Counted from the stretch's first letter, positions 50,682 to 64,000 are shown. The stretch: DNA of 64,000 nt from Paraspadella gotoi (GCA_051294375.1 CM119266.1:24168411-24232410); one strand, 5' to 3'. Program-made: numbers and translations. Notes: generated by a model not told the origin, from the sequence alone.

Positions 50682-53600
50682 ACAAACGTTACAAGGGAGA
50701 TCGTTCTCTGATTCAGTCGTAACGCGTTTGTCTCGATGAACACGAAAACGACGGACGACCGGACACGACGACGACGAAGAGGTCGTCACGATTTACCTGT
50801 TGGTTTTGTTTTCGTTAAAATTATTTTCTTCTTTCTCTATGCGCATTCGTTACTCATATAGTTCTTAGCGTTATCTTAATTATCTTTTCATCTTAATTGG
50901 TCTGGTTTTGCTTGTCTGCCAATGTTTGTGCTGTTGACTTGTCTGTCCGTCTGTCTTCTATGCTGTTCGTCATTCTCATGTTATTCTTCGTCTTTCTTTC
51001 TTGTGTTTGAGCTTTGTTTGTTTTGTTTGCTTGTTTCTTTATATCTTTCTTAGTCTTTATTTCTTTATTTTTTCTTTCCTTGGATCTCATTTTTTTCTTT
51101 TCTCCCCTCTTTCATAGCCTATTGGTCTTTAACTCCTCTTAACTCTCTCTTCTCTCTCTCTCCTCTCTCTCTCTCGTCTCTCTCTCTCTCGTCTCCTCTC
51201 TCTCTCTCTCTCTCTCTGTCTCTCCGCCTTCTCACGTCTCATCTTTTCCTCCCCAGACCTTCTTTTCCTCCGTTCTCTGCCCCCCTTCCCTCTCTGACCT
51301 GTCGGTTATTTATGAAGAAAGTGGTTTCGTCTCCGATGTTATTTTTCCTTTCTCAGACTTTGGGTGAGAAGAGAGAAAGGACGATCTCAGTCTCAGAGAT
51401 ACACTTTGTTTTAAATAAAGTATATCTGGCGAGCTTATCGAAGCATATACTTATTATACATTAAAGCGGTAGAAATAGTAGTTTGGTTATTTTTAATCAC
51501 TAAATAAAAAACTTCAAAACTGAAGTCCTAAGTAAATCAAAAAAAAGGCGTCGAACCAAAAATCGCGTGACATGGAAAAGATAACGAAATGTAATTCGAT
51601 ATAAAAAACAAGAACAAGACGACGACGCGACACTGACTTTTCTCCATACATCTGGCGCTGCAGCAAGTCAATCGGGTCAGAAAGAAAGGGGAAGGCTCGT
51701 AAATCTTCGAGGGATCTCCTTCAAGCCGGCAATCCGAGTTCTTCTCCATCTGGCCATCTTCGACTTAAAATGCAAAACAATTACGAGAAAGAAAAAAACT
51801 TTGTCGGATAGCCGTTACTATCTGGACGCTCGTGTTGTTATTATGTAAAGTTTGGTTAGAGATAATATTGTACCATTAACAAAACTGTTACGATAATTAG
51901 ACAGTCGATAATCGTTAGTCGGCCGGAATTGATAATAAAAGAAAGCGATGAGGGAGTCTCCGTAGAAGAAGAGCAAAACAACTTATCGTGTCGAAAACGA
52001 GCGCTCCACCCGCTCCCCTTCGCTCCCAGTTGCACCAGCGCCGCCAACTGCACAAGCCGGCTCACCCTCCCGTGGCCAAGTCTGACTCTGTTCTTCCATC
52101 TTTAGAGAGTGTTGACCGTCTTGGATTGCATTCTTTTGATCTTTTTTTTTTTTTTGTATTTTGTTCTGCTTATTTGAGTATTTCCTTTTCTAAAATTCGG
52201 CGTTCTTCTTTGCTATTTACTCAGCTCTAATAAAGTACTTATCTTAACTTTTTTCGCCGAGTCAGTGTTCTATTTATTTGTATTCTGTTGCAAGAGTCTC
52301 AATATCATCCGCATTTTTCTTCCATCGTTTTTCAGTTTAGTCGTCCTCGCCAAACCTTCGAACTTCAGTTTAAGTCCGATCGTTTCAGTAAAATGACCCG
52401 ATTTCCCTTTAAAAGTAGATTCTGTTTGAGTGACTCTTTGTTTCTCGTTCGCGGCGCCGAGGCGCATCCCTTTGTCGCAGCTCAAACTTTCTTGAAGAAG
52501 CCTTAAATAGAAAAACATATATATATAAGAAACTTTTTAAATTATTTAAGTTTTCCTTATTTTAAATTTTTTTCTTACTTCTTCTTTCTCTTTTTCCTTT
52601 CTTTTCGCATTTTTCCTCCAGTGTTTGCGCTCGGTTCGTTTCAAACGATCAAGCTAAAATCTAAACTGTAGCGATCATTACAAGCGAACATATTGCGCTT
52701 CTGACTCCTATCCTTTCTCCTATTCCTTTCATCGCGTTTTACGGTAGCGACAGAGAGGAGTGATAACGAACTCAATAATGAATTAATAAGTATTATTTTT
52801 ATTTATAACATATAACTATATAACTCCTCCAATAAAATCTCTGCGTTTTTATCGGGTGCAGTAATGCGGTCAGCTCGTTTTCAACTCCCATTCCATTTTC
52901 TCGCGCGTGTTTTATTTTTTAGTTCTCTCTGTTCCGCTTTAATTAGGGTCGCGAGCACCGCTCGATTCAGCGGGGACGTAAATTTAAGACGTAACTAAAT
53001 TTATAAATAATTACCATAACAAGTGAACAAAATACTGCTGACAATTCGTTGCGGCACAATTTAAACTATTAAATTAATATGCATTTTTTTCCTTCTCTTT
53101 ATTTCTTTGTTATTTCCCTAGCGGAACATCTGAAAGACAAAAGGCCTCTTCAATGTTTTGTTTAAAAAAAGTTTTTCGAGTTCTTAAATTTACTTTGAAC
53201 ATTAGATTTAGATACTGAAGTATTACAGTAGCTAACATCTAGGAAAGATCGTAAAAACGCCTCCCATCTTATGTTCGTTCAATACTTTTGCCTCTTGGAG
53301 ACATACAATTCGGACTGAACATTTTCTTTCTTCTATACTTTATCTTCAGCTGTCCTCATCTCAATATCTCTCCTCTCAAAATTTTTTGTTTAAACTTTAT
53401 TTGTATTTTTCTCTCGTCTTTTTTCCATTTCTCTCTCTCTCCAGAAAAAAAATTATTCAATCTACGTATATTCGCGCGATGAAGTCTTGCCAATTAGAGC
53501 CAAAACAGTCCGTTTTAAATAAAAAAGTTGTTTGTAACAAATAAAAAGTTTTCTGATTATTCTGCCTATTAATAAGTATAAAATAATTATAATAATTGAA

Positions 53601-54981
53601 AAGATTTTGGGACCGGTCAGTTTTTCCTCGGTCGTTTCAGTTGAACCTTTTCAACCCAGTCTTTTACGTCTCTAGTAGCTTTCTCATGACCATTTTTTAT
53701 CATAATCGTTATCAGTAAAAGATCGGCCATATGAAACCATAGTTTTTACGGAATCTAAGGATTTTCAAAACAATTTTTGTACAAACAGTTTATTTGCCCA
53801 TTCATTTTTCTTTATGAAAAAACTTATTCACGAATTTTATTCGTCATTTATTCAACATTTACATTCTTTTGAGATTTAGAAATCCTTGCTCCATGTTAAG
53901 TTTGTTTTCAAAGCCATTTCATCTACGCCGACGCATCACGCGCGAACCCTCGAGCATAGAAAAAAAAACATTTTACAGTAAAAACTACGGTTCTAAGGCC
54001 GACAAGTTTTAAATTTAATTTCTTTCGCTTCCTTTCCAAAAAAATGACTAGTTACTTGACAAAGATACATATAGAAAACATTTGAAATTGATATGACTTT
54101 GTTAATGTTCTTGATTTTGATTGACGTTGTCTTGATTCTCTTGTTAGCAAGAATATTTTGAAATAAATTGTTTGTTTTAGTTTTTTGCTACTAGAGTTAA
54201 AATAATAAATCTCTGCTTGGTACACAAATTCCGAACGCAATTGAAAAGAAAGGATTAATAGCTAGGATTCAGGTAATTGAGTCTATTTAGATAATAATTA
54301 CATAAAAGTTGGTAATTTAAGGTTAGTTAGCTAGTATAGATTGACTATTAACTAGTTTATTCATTAGATATAGTCATTATTGTATTCATAGTTGATCTAA
54401 AATTCCCCAATTTTTTTTATTTTTTTGTTCGACCTAATTTGCATATTACAGTATATTTTCGAATGGCGCGAAAGAATAGGTAATGTCATTGGCTTAATGG
54501 CGCTTAAAAATTTGTAATATAATACTACGGCATTTAAAAACGTCCCCGCTGGATAATAAATAAAATAGTTTTATTTTAAGTATTGCTCCTCCCCCTACTT
54601 TAATCTCTCGCCCTATTTCTCATTCCACTCCCCCCCCCAACCTCTTGTCGCCTCCTCAACCCCCCCTTCCTTCCCCTCCCCGCCCCGAATCACTCCTGAG
54701 AGGCCGTTACGTTTCCGACCCTTCTCGATGCTTTCGACTTGACATCGAGTCGACCTGGCGAGGGGCGCTCAGCTCGGCAAACGATTCCTCGAGGTCGGCG
54801 AGTGTCGGCGGAAAAAGTCGCCGGGACACTTAGACGCTGAGATATCGTCTTTTTCGGCCATCGTCCCTCGCTACTTCGTCGTCTTCTCGACCGTCGTCGT
54901 CTTTTTATTTCCGTCACATCATTAGGAATCATCGAGATTCTTCGAGTCTTTTCTGGCACGAAAAGCGACCGGGAGGGATTC

Positions 54982-55032
54982 GCGCATGCGCAGTCGCCGC
55001 TGTCCGTTGACGCGTTCGGGAATAAAATGGCG
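54982..55032 (+). promoter_or_regulatory. Promoter-like NRF1 + YY1 motif pair
   Basis: GCGCATGCGCA at 54982-54992 and AAAATGGCG at 55024-55032, at the 3' edge of a CpG-rich island (about 54640-55050). Confidence 0.38.
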
Positions 55033-56147
55033 ACAGAGGGCGTAGAGGTCGTTGTACTTGTAAAGTAAAGATAAAAGTTTTACTGTTAACAATTTGAAAG
55101 TTAACGATTTCATTTTCTTACTCGTGCCCAATCGTTAGACATGACGTTAAAGGAGATTCACCCAACATTCTTAATTCTTTGTAAAGTATATGTCAAAACA
55201 AAACAGACAAGACGTGACGATCTGGTTGTTCCTATATGTTCCTTTAAATTCACGATATTTTTAAAGCAATGATTCGTGTATTTTCGTCAACCCAATCTGA
55301 GATACACCGGGATCCGCAGGAGGGCTCCAAACCCTTCCGCCCCCCCCCCGAAAAAATTTCGGGTCATCTTTCTCCCCCCCCCATGCTCTCCGATTTCTCC
55401 CCAGGTCGTCGAGAGATTCGTCAAATCGTTCGCTCTGCGTCCATAACGTGACATTAAGCGTTCCCCGTAATGATTGTCCTCCGCCGTCGTCGTCGTCGTC
55501 GGCCGCCTCCCGTCATCAACGTAATTGACGGTGACAGTCACTGACTGACGATTGATGAGAATTGGCCGGAGTGACGCAAACGTGTCCTCGTCGCGTTATT
55601 GCCGGCTGCGCGGGTAGTCAGTGCCTGCGCGTAAACCAGGGGGCGGGTGCATAAGCGGGGGAGTTCACAACGCGGGATGCTCTGTTATATAATAATTAAT
55701 TAAATAATAATACTACGTAGCAAAAATACTGAAACTTTTTCTCGCTTTTTTTTTTTAAACTAAGATTCAACCAAAATTACCAGGATTATATAGTTTATCC
55801 TCCACCGCCAGGTTTATTTACATTACCCGACGCTCGATTTCCGAGCAATATAATTTTATATGATCAATCATTTAAACCGGATCCGACCTTTCGGGGAAAC
55901 CGAAATAAAAGACGTCGTCACTCTCCGAAAAACTATCAATAAATTTCGGGTTAATGAGATCCCCCATCCCTGATCCCTTGATCCCCGTTTTCGTGTGCTG
56001 CCAAACTTCCCTCCCTCTTTTTTGGGGTCATGGAAAAAAGATGATGACTCGATATCCTTTTCGCTCTCGATCATATCTCTTACTCTTTCCTTTCGAGGTT
56101 CCACGTCTTCGGATAAGAGGTCGTCGCTCTCTCTTCTCTCTCTCTCG

Positions 56148-56183
<36 letters not shown>

Positions 56184-56193
56184 GCTCTCTCTC

Positions 56194-56295
<102 letters not shown>

Positions 56296-56986
56296 TCTCT
56301 CAGAACAAAGAAATCGCCGTTTGACAGAGAGAATTGGATTTTTATTAAAATTTCCTTGATTTCGTCGCGGATTTTGTTTTGGAAAACCGAAGCGAGGGCG
56401 GTAGGATAAAAATCCCGAGTCTTCTCGTTCTAACGAGGTGGGTATCGTATTCATGGGCGGGTTACTCTCGGATTTAGGGAAATAAAACGTCAGTTATCGT
56501 ATAAACTTAGATTGGGGAAGGAGCTTTGCAGAGTTGTTGGTTGTTTTTGTCTTTCGGTAGCGGAGTGATGTTTCGGAGAGGTTGTTCGTGTGTTCAGCGT
56601 CTCGAGTAGAAAATGGGTATTTGTATTATTAGTATATATTTATTATTATTATTATTATTATTATAGTATTATGAAAGTGTTTAAACATCTGTATTTTTTT
56701 AATTTATCATATCTTATGTCCTCCTTCAATTCAGACAGAAATTTCACGGACATTTTCAATATGGTTTTACTTATATCAAGAGAAAAAAAAAAGGTTTCAG
56801 CTGTTGCGAAGTTTCCATAAATCCTAAATGTATTTCGTTGTCGGTCAGATGCTCGCGTAGGTTAAAGTCATTGCGTTCTGCAATGACACATCCGCCCCTT
56901 CAGTTTTTTTATAATTCATATTTCTGTTGGATGGATGCGAACACGGTCAGCACAGTGGAACCGCGGATCGGAATTCGTACGTCGTT

Positions 56987-57092
56987 CATATCATTCATCA
57001 GCATCATCATCATCATCATTTTCATCATCATCATCATCATCATCATAATCATCATATCATCATCATCACATCATCATCATCAATCATCATCA
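56987..57092. repeat. (CAT)n microsatellite
   Basis: Imperfect trinucleotide run that explains the poly-His and poly-Ile pseudo-ORFs. Confidence 0.95.
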
Positions 57093-57491
57093 ATTTATCC
57101 AATCATTATGAAAAAGTAATTTAGCAAAACCGTTAATTTAAGTGTTTATTCGTAACAGTGGAATTACATCAAAGGAAAGGCCAAATATTCCTCAGCTCTG
57201 AAATATATACATTTAATTAAATTATTATCTTTTCATTTCGAGCGAGGACTTTAGCCATTTCAGTTTTTTATATAAATTTATTTTAGCTTTTGTTTATATT
57301 ACTTTAGAAATTTTCATCTTCCGTCTCTTTGCGTCACTTTTTACCTTTCTGTTTCTGTTACAGAATCTTTCTTTCGCGTATTCCGCTCTGTTAGTGTACA
57401 CCTGCATTGAAAACGTTCGAAGGCAGCTGAGCCGCCGTCTCCTATCGAGTCGAGAGATTAAAATGGTCTTTTTTCGCAGAAAAGAAGAGAG

Positions 57492-57565
<74 letters not shown>

Positions 57566-58126
57566 GAGAGAGCCTAAATAAAACGTCGTTTGGCCATCAT
57601 TCAACCCTAATCTGCCACGTGTGCTGGGACCTGGGAAGGAAAAGGAAAGGAACGGGAAGATGAAAAAGAAAAAAGTAAGAAAGCAGACAAAGTAAAAAGA
57701 TAATAAGAATTGGTAGGAACTGGAACTGGATAGAATAAGCATTTCTTTAGTTACTTGGTTTCTTGCCTTTTCTTGACAACAATCTTTTATGTTTGATCGA
57801 TAGTTTTGATATTTGAGATTGATTATATTCAAAGTCATTTATTTTTCGATCCATTTTAGTAGTAGTTTCGGAACCGCTGAAACCCCTCGCCATTTTAGAA
57901 AGCCAAGCTCAATTTCGGCTCAAAAAGATTTTCTCAAGGAGTCATTCTGCGATTTCTAATCTTCATTTCCAAAGCTTTGCCCAAACTTTTTTTCTTCCCG
58001 CCCTTCTATTTAATAAAAAGAAATGTTCAACGTAATAACCTAGAGAATACATATATATTATATATAAACAAACTGCAATATACTCCTGTCCATCCTCTCT
58101 TNNNNNNNNNNNNNNNNNNNNNNNNN

Positions 58127-59219
58127 TTCTATCGATTGTATAACTTTTGTTCGTAATCACGTGTTTACCTCTCGATTTTCTGCCCGGCAGCCGGGCAGAG
58201 AGTCGCGGCCCGTTTCATCTCCGCGCCCCAAAAGTTATGTCCTTCGCTTCGCCTTCGGACCCGAAAATTATGTCCTTCTCCGCGGTTTTCGTTCGTCTTA
58301 TCGTCCGCCTTTGAAAACCTCATAATTTCCGAGCGGGAGGCAGACCTGATCGTTTATCACGGAAAATGCCNNNNNNNNNNAATTTCAGTTTAAAAATTCC
58401 TGGGGAATCGACGAGCTTTTTAAAGACCCATTTAGTGGGTTAAATCACCAACTACCCACGTCGCATTCTATTAATTGATGATTCTTACATTCTTACATTC
58501 TTAGAAATACTTTCTCATACCACTCATACCACTCTCACCAGTCACCTCTCTCACAATTATCACCAACCTAACCACTCTCACCGCTCTCATTACTCTTACC
58601 TCTTTCACCTCTCTTACCACTCTCACCGCTCTCCAAACTCTCCCCACTCTCACCATTCTCACCATTCTCACCACTCTCACCACTCCAACCACTCTCACCC
58701 ACCCAATTCTCATAAATAACTTCGTCGATTCTCGACGCCTCATCGTCCATCTCCTTCGATCCTTCGGTTCGCCAAACACCAATCACCCTCTCTCCACCCT
58801 CCCCCCCCCTCAAAAAAAAGAAAAGACTACAATAACAACAACAACAAAAGACGTAAACTTCTGTCCGTCTCTAAAAACAGGAAACGGCGACTGGACTGAG
58901 GAGACGAAGAGAAATTAATGACTTTTTCATTTCCGACGAAAACCTCGATATTCCATTTTCCATTTTCTATTTTCTATTTTCTATTTTCCATTTTTTTTAC
59001 TTTTCCGCAGTTGTTGTTGCTGTTGTTGATGATGCTGATGATGTTGACGATGATAATGATGACGATGATCAAAACCGTTAAATAACAGTTATAACTAGTG
59101 CGTAACCCTCAGCGGCGTAACATTTATTGTTTCCTTCTTTGTTTCGAATTGTTTTTTATCGATTCGAGTATGACTCGCATTTTTGCGGTTCTCACCGAAA
59201 TCTCACAAACTTTTACCTC

Positions 59220-59250
<31 letters not shown>

Positions 59251-59290
59251 TCTCGTCTCTATCTCCTCTCTGTCTCCACGTTCTCTCCTG

Positions 59291-59325
<35 letters not shown>

Positions 59326-59770
59326 TCTCTCTACAAACGTTACAAGGGAGATTGTTCTTGTTCTCAGTAACGAGTTTGTTCGATGAAACGGCGAAACGAC
59401 GACGACGACGAGGTCGTCACGATTTACCTTTGTTTGTTTCGTTAAAATTATTTCTTCTTTCTCTATGCCGCATTCTACTCATATAGTCTTAGCGTTATCT
59501 TAATTATCTTTTATCTTAATTGTCTGTTTGCTTGTCTGCAAATGTTTGTGCTTGTTCGACTGTCTGTCCGTCTGTCTATCTATGTTTCTCAATTCTCATT
59601 GTTTGTCTTCGTCTTTCTTTCTTTGTTTGATGCTTTGTTTGTTTGTTTGCTTGTTTCTTTATATCTTTCTATCTTTATTTCTTTATTTCTTTCTTTCCTT
59701 GGATTCATTTTTCTTTCTTTTTCTCCCTCTTCATAGCCCTATTTCTTTAACTCCCTCTTACTCTCTCTCC
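58127..59770 (+). repeat. Direct duplicate of ~49318-51150
   Basis: Starts TTCTATCGATTGTATAACTTTTG after a 25-N gap and is collinear with 49318 onward. The 10-N gap at 58371-58380 replaces about 49550-49730. Confidence 0.92.
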
Positions 59771-59849
59771 CCCCCCCCAGTAGAAGAGATAGAGAGAGTG
59801 CAATGACCCTCGTAACAGCGCATTACCATATTCTATTTGACGGTAGTGC

Positions 59850-61960
59850 GATCCAGCCAATAATATACAATAATCATTTACATCTGTACGCGGTCGTGAA
59901 CCCCCTCGTCCGAAAGTTCCGGATATGGACCACCAACAAATGGTAAATGCGACCAGTCTTAAATGTTAGAGACCATCCTAAGGTGGAAAACCGCCGACTG
60001 GCCACTAGTTTGACGCGACTTCGAAACAGACTAATATAGCATTAGACATTTATTTTTGCGGAATTGCAGTAACGGAAGTTACTGCATATAAAACACAGCG
60101 AATTTATCAAAATATCAACCAATGAAACAGTTTAGATGACGAAGAACCGAGGAGAGATCGAGATTTCTGTAGAAATATCGAAGAGAAGTAAGTGTTAATT
60201 TAAGAGCATAGCACTACATAGGAATGTTTAACGCCGAAAGATCTCGATTGGGTCTGATATTAATGAAATAAAGTCAAATCGATTGTCTTCGAGGTCCGGA
60301 GGACGAAAAAAAATAGTCACTTTCAGCACAAAAGGCACATCCTTTCGCTAACACCGATGTTCGAAAGATAGTTACTTCATTGTGTGTGAAAGGCAATAAG
60401 TCAGGTTTCCTTTTAGCGCCCTTAATCACGTGCGTTCCCAACTGCATTTCTACCGCTCGAGACAACTCCCGAACCTTGCAGTCTCCTGAACGCCCGCAGC
60501 GCGATTGAATCCACCCCAGAGCGAGCGCTCCTCTCGGACGACTGGAACAATACACTTCGGCGACGCTGCTGAGACGAAGACGATCGAATCGATAGATACC
60601 AAGAGAACACCGCGGCGCACAGACTCTGCAAAGTTTACGCTGCGTAATCTGGCCCGCAATCTAGAGATATACGACTAATAGACGTTTGGCTGCGGTCAAG
60701 ACCACTATAATCGAGGAGTAACTCCCAATGATCCGCGCACACGCCCGCGTCTGACAAAATAATTACGAGCACGCTCGCGCCTTTGCTGCGATCCGCGCCC
60801 GCAGTATTTGAATCCGGAGTTATCCCCCCACCTCGTTAGGTACCAGAACGGCGAGAGACTCGTTTTTTTGTTTTTTTCGTACTTTATTGTGCTCATCGGC
60901 CGTCGATTCCTCGGCTATCGTGTTCTCACAATACTCAAGAATTCGCGCTGAGATTACGATATCAATCTGAAATTTTACTTCTCGCATCCGGCTCGAACAT
61001 AAAAATTCTTTCTCCTTTTTTTTCCCTCCCATCTTCTAATAAATTAATAGAAGGAAGAAGATAGGTTATCGTTACGCGTAATTGTAAAAAACCGAGGGCG
61101 TCCTGTTTCCCGTCTGCGAATCGTTGTTTACATTTTTAGACCTTTTGCTCTTTAATGCGCGATCGGGTCCGATCTTAAAAAACTAGGGGGACCTTTCCGT
61201 CAAAACGGTGAAGTTTTATCGGAGTTGTAATTCAATTAGGGAGAAGCCATCTTTTAAGAAACCGGTTTAAGAAGATGGAAAGGGGGGGGACTATATGGTG
61301 ACTTTTTTTAAAGTGAATGGAAGTTTAAAATCGACGTAATAAGGAAGCGAGAAATTAAATGAGTCCAAGATGTATATTTTAAAAAATGTTTGAGAAGAAA
61401 AAAATGGTTGAGAATGTTAATATTTAAACTAGCAACAAATTATAAAAAAAGCAAATTTGGTTTTCCCCCTTTCGCGATGTTCCTCTCGTTTTAAAACTAA
61501 AACTACTAAAAATATAATTTATTGGAAAAAAAACCTTCATCATTTTTCTCAAAGTCATTTTTTTTTCATCTTGAATTGTTACCGCAAAAAAAAAAAAAAA
61601 AATCAGAACCGCGTTCTTCTTTTTTTTTTTCTCTTCTTTTTTCCTAATCGATTGTAATAACTTTTGTTGCGTAATCACGTGTTTACCTCTCATTTTTCTG
61701 CCCGGCAGGCCGGGCAGAGAGTCGGGCCGTTTCATCTCCGCGCCCCAAAAAGTTATGCCTTCCCGCTTCGCCTTCGACCCCGAAAATTATGTCCTTACTC
61801 CGCGGTTTCGTTCGTCTTATCGCTCGCGCCCTTTGAAAACCTCTAATGTTCGAGCCGGGAGGCAGACCTGATGTTTTATCACAGAAAATGCCAGAGTTGG
61901 CCTCTCTCTCTCTCTCTCTCTCTCTCCTTCCTCTCTCTCGTCTCTCTCATCGTCTCTTCT
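59850..61960 (+). repeat. Duplicate of ~48090-49620; first ~1.1 kb extremely insertion-rich (raw-read quality)
   Basis: Shared anchors AATCATTTACATCTGTACG, GAATAAAGTCAAATCGATTGTC, CGCGTCTGACAAAATAATT and GTTATCGTTACGCGTAATTGTAAA occur in the same order. Identity rises sharply after about 60980. Confidence 0.88.
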
Positions 61961-61979
61961 CTCTCTCTCCTCTGTCTTT

Positions 61980-64000
61980 TCCTGGACTTAGAAAAAACAA
62001 CAAGAAAATCAAGTTAACTAACGAAACAACATCGCGCTGTGACTCTGCTTACGGCTTTTGTAAAACTCATTCTTTGTAATAATCTACAATAAACATGAAT
62101 TTTATATTAACGTCATAAAAAAACAATTCAATGATTGTTTGATTGGCTAATTTTTTACGGCTAATACATTAGATCGTCCACCGATATGTCTTCTAAAACA
62201 AAGGACAAAAAAACCGGTTCGCCAGGCCCGCAGAAATCCTCGTAAGCAGAAATAAAAATAACAAAGACTCTGCCTGAGTTGAAATTACCAGAAGACATGA
62301 ACTCACAAGACTGTGAAATATTAACTGAGTCTTCTTCTCAGAAACTCGACTGTTTTAAAGAATTAGAATCTCTTCAGCCCCGAAACGAAAACAGCATTTG
62401 CAAGATCGTTGGCCAGCTCTGGTTATAGATTGATGAAATGCCTTCTTGCCAAAATCGCCAATCAAGAGACTCGTGATCATGTCTCTAATTCACAACAAAA
62501 CAACATTACATGACCCACGTAAAACGTTTCGTTTCAACCAACACTCCGACCAGGAGATTAGAAAATCTCGCCCAATGTGTGCTTTTGCTGTAAGTAAATG
62601 AAGCCTTGCACGCTAGCGGCTGAATTTGACGAGCTAAAAATAACTCAACGCGGCGGATCTGATCATTTTCGGAAAAACAGATTTTAAAGACTTCAACTCA
62701 CTAATGAAATTGAACAATTGGAGACATAAAGATTATGTCTTCATCCCCAACTGAATCCACCCCACACAGTCTCGCCACTCACCGTCCTAATCAAGGCGTA
62801 TCGACCCAGCATATTCTGAGGAACGATATCAAAAAAACAGGCTATGATCTTCTAAAGGATTTAGTCCCAGCTTCATAAAAAAGACTTAAGTCTGGTCTAC
62901 AGGGCAACCAAAGTTGGAATGTTAAGGTAAACACTTAATTCAATTAAAAGAAAAAGAATCCATTCTCAGCTCAAACAAACTTAACATTTTCCACAAAGTT
63001 CATTCTGTTACGGAATATTGTGTACAAAAAATACTATCAATGTTTTAAATGTCAGAAATATGGTCACGGTTCCAAATCAATGCAACAAGAAATACCAATA
63101 TGTCTACGCTGTGGCAGGTGAACATTTTCACACAAAAATTGCGAGAAAAAACTTTGAGGACACCTAAATGCGCAAACTGTAACGGTCCCACACGCTGGCA
63201 AACTCAAAATCTTGTCCAATTTACCAGAAGCCTGTCGCCAACCAAACAACCTCTTTCTGTCCATAATTGCGGCTAATATTACCAAACAAGCTATGCGAAG
63301 TGTAGCAAAAAACCATGCACGAATTTCCAATGAAGCTTTAAATAAGGATAATTTGGAGAAAATTTGTCTTTGTGTTATCCCTTGTATTGGCGTGAAATGG
63401 GAATACGGAGCAGAATTAGAGCAAACAAAATATGTCCTCCTCCATAAAGATCCATTAATGAAATACAGAATCAATTCAAATAAGCCCTAAAAGTCTGTCA
63501 ACATCCAATACAATTCCAAAAGTGACTTACCTAAATCAAACTCGGACAACCAACTCGCAACAAACATAATTGAAAATAGCATAGAACATCTTGGCAGCCA
63601 CACAACAGATTATCTCCAGATTGGGCTAATCCGATGTTGATTTCAATCAATCTCAAATCTCAAAATGAAGGGCCACCGCAGAAAGATAATGAACTGTCTT
63701 CCAAAGTGCCATCCTTAACTCAAGCAAACGATCAAAGGTTACACTTATGCCAAGGAAAGCAAAAACCTGGACGAAGCCCCCTAAACCTGACGTGAATGGC
63801 TAAGTCTCTACTCTTGCAGTACTTGCAAACTGAACACTAAATGGTAAACCAACACGGCATTATTGAACTCTTAAATCTGATTGACAATCTAGAAAAAAAC
63901 TAATTCTTTATTTTTTGCTTTTTAATGACATACAGATGTTGCTCCTCAAGGATTTTATTTGGCTTTTAAAAAACTATAAAATATTCAATAAATAATTCTG
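61980..64000 (+). mobile_element. Non-LTR retrotransposon (LINE, I/Jockey/R1-type ORF1), 5' part with frameshifted gag-like ORF1
   Basis: 63038-63230 reads across frameshifts QCFKCQKYGHGSK..C / ICLRCG..EHFH..NC / PKCANCNGP(H)..ANSKSCPIYQ. These three tandem CCHC zinc knuckles are characteristic of I/Jockey/R1-group ORF1. The sense strand is A-rich and microsatellite-free. A possible ATG is at 62186. ORF2 is not seen in the window. Confidence 0.8.

Noticed and set aside
58501-58813. GESGES (collagen-like G-X-Y) and RVVRVV ORFs
   Set aside because: Products of the 9-bp ACCACTCTC tandem repeat. The frame is not kept in the other copy at 49856-50040.
60274-61032. Cluster of non-repetitive ORFs
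   Set aside because: They lie in the insertion-riddled noisy copy of 48090-48700.
63064-63474. 136-aa minus-strand ORF
   Set aside because: Antisense shadow of the plus-strand LINE ORF1.

Overview
Animal (bilaterian, probably non-insect invertebrate) nuclear DNA from an error-prone draft assembly. It is very rich in (GA/TC)n and (GAC/GTC)n microsatellites and shows no obvious CpG depletion. Nearly all ORFs in the supplied track are microsatellite translations. Supported content: (1) a large minus-strand first exon (15480-16857) for a His/Gln/Ala/Pro/Ser-rich transcription factor. It ends in YDPVTMGWMAMAG at a phase-1 GT donor, the layout of Hox exon 1 (compare Ubx FYPWMAIAG|intron), and no homeobox exon is visible in the window. 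(2) A spliced, secreted CAP/SCP (PR-1/PI16/GLIPR-like) gene at 42115-43089(+), possibly with extra 3' exons to about 43629. (3) The 5' part of a non-LTR retrotransposon (three CCHC knuckles) at about 61980-64000, joined to a (CT)n tract. (4) Large near-identical duplications bounded by 25-N gaps (12751-22256 ~ 26046-35695; 16923-20640 present three times; 48040-51150 re-occurring at 58127-61960), best explained as long-read gap-filling or haplotype artefacts. (5) Several candidate cis-regulatory islands (YY1/PHO, DR1, CTCF-like, NRF1, TALE and posterior-Hox/Cdx motifs). I see no prokaryotic features, CRISPR array, tRNA or rRNA, and no evidence strong enough to claim a new biological system. 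The best leads are the divergent Hox-like hexapeptide, the CAP gene beside it with a duplicated tail exon, and a possible microsatellite-targeted LINE insertion.
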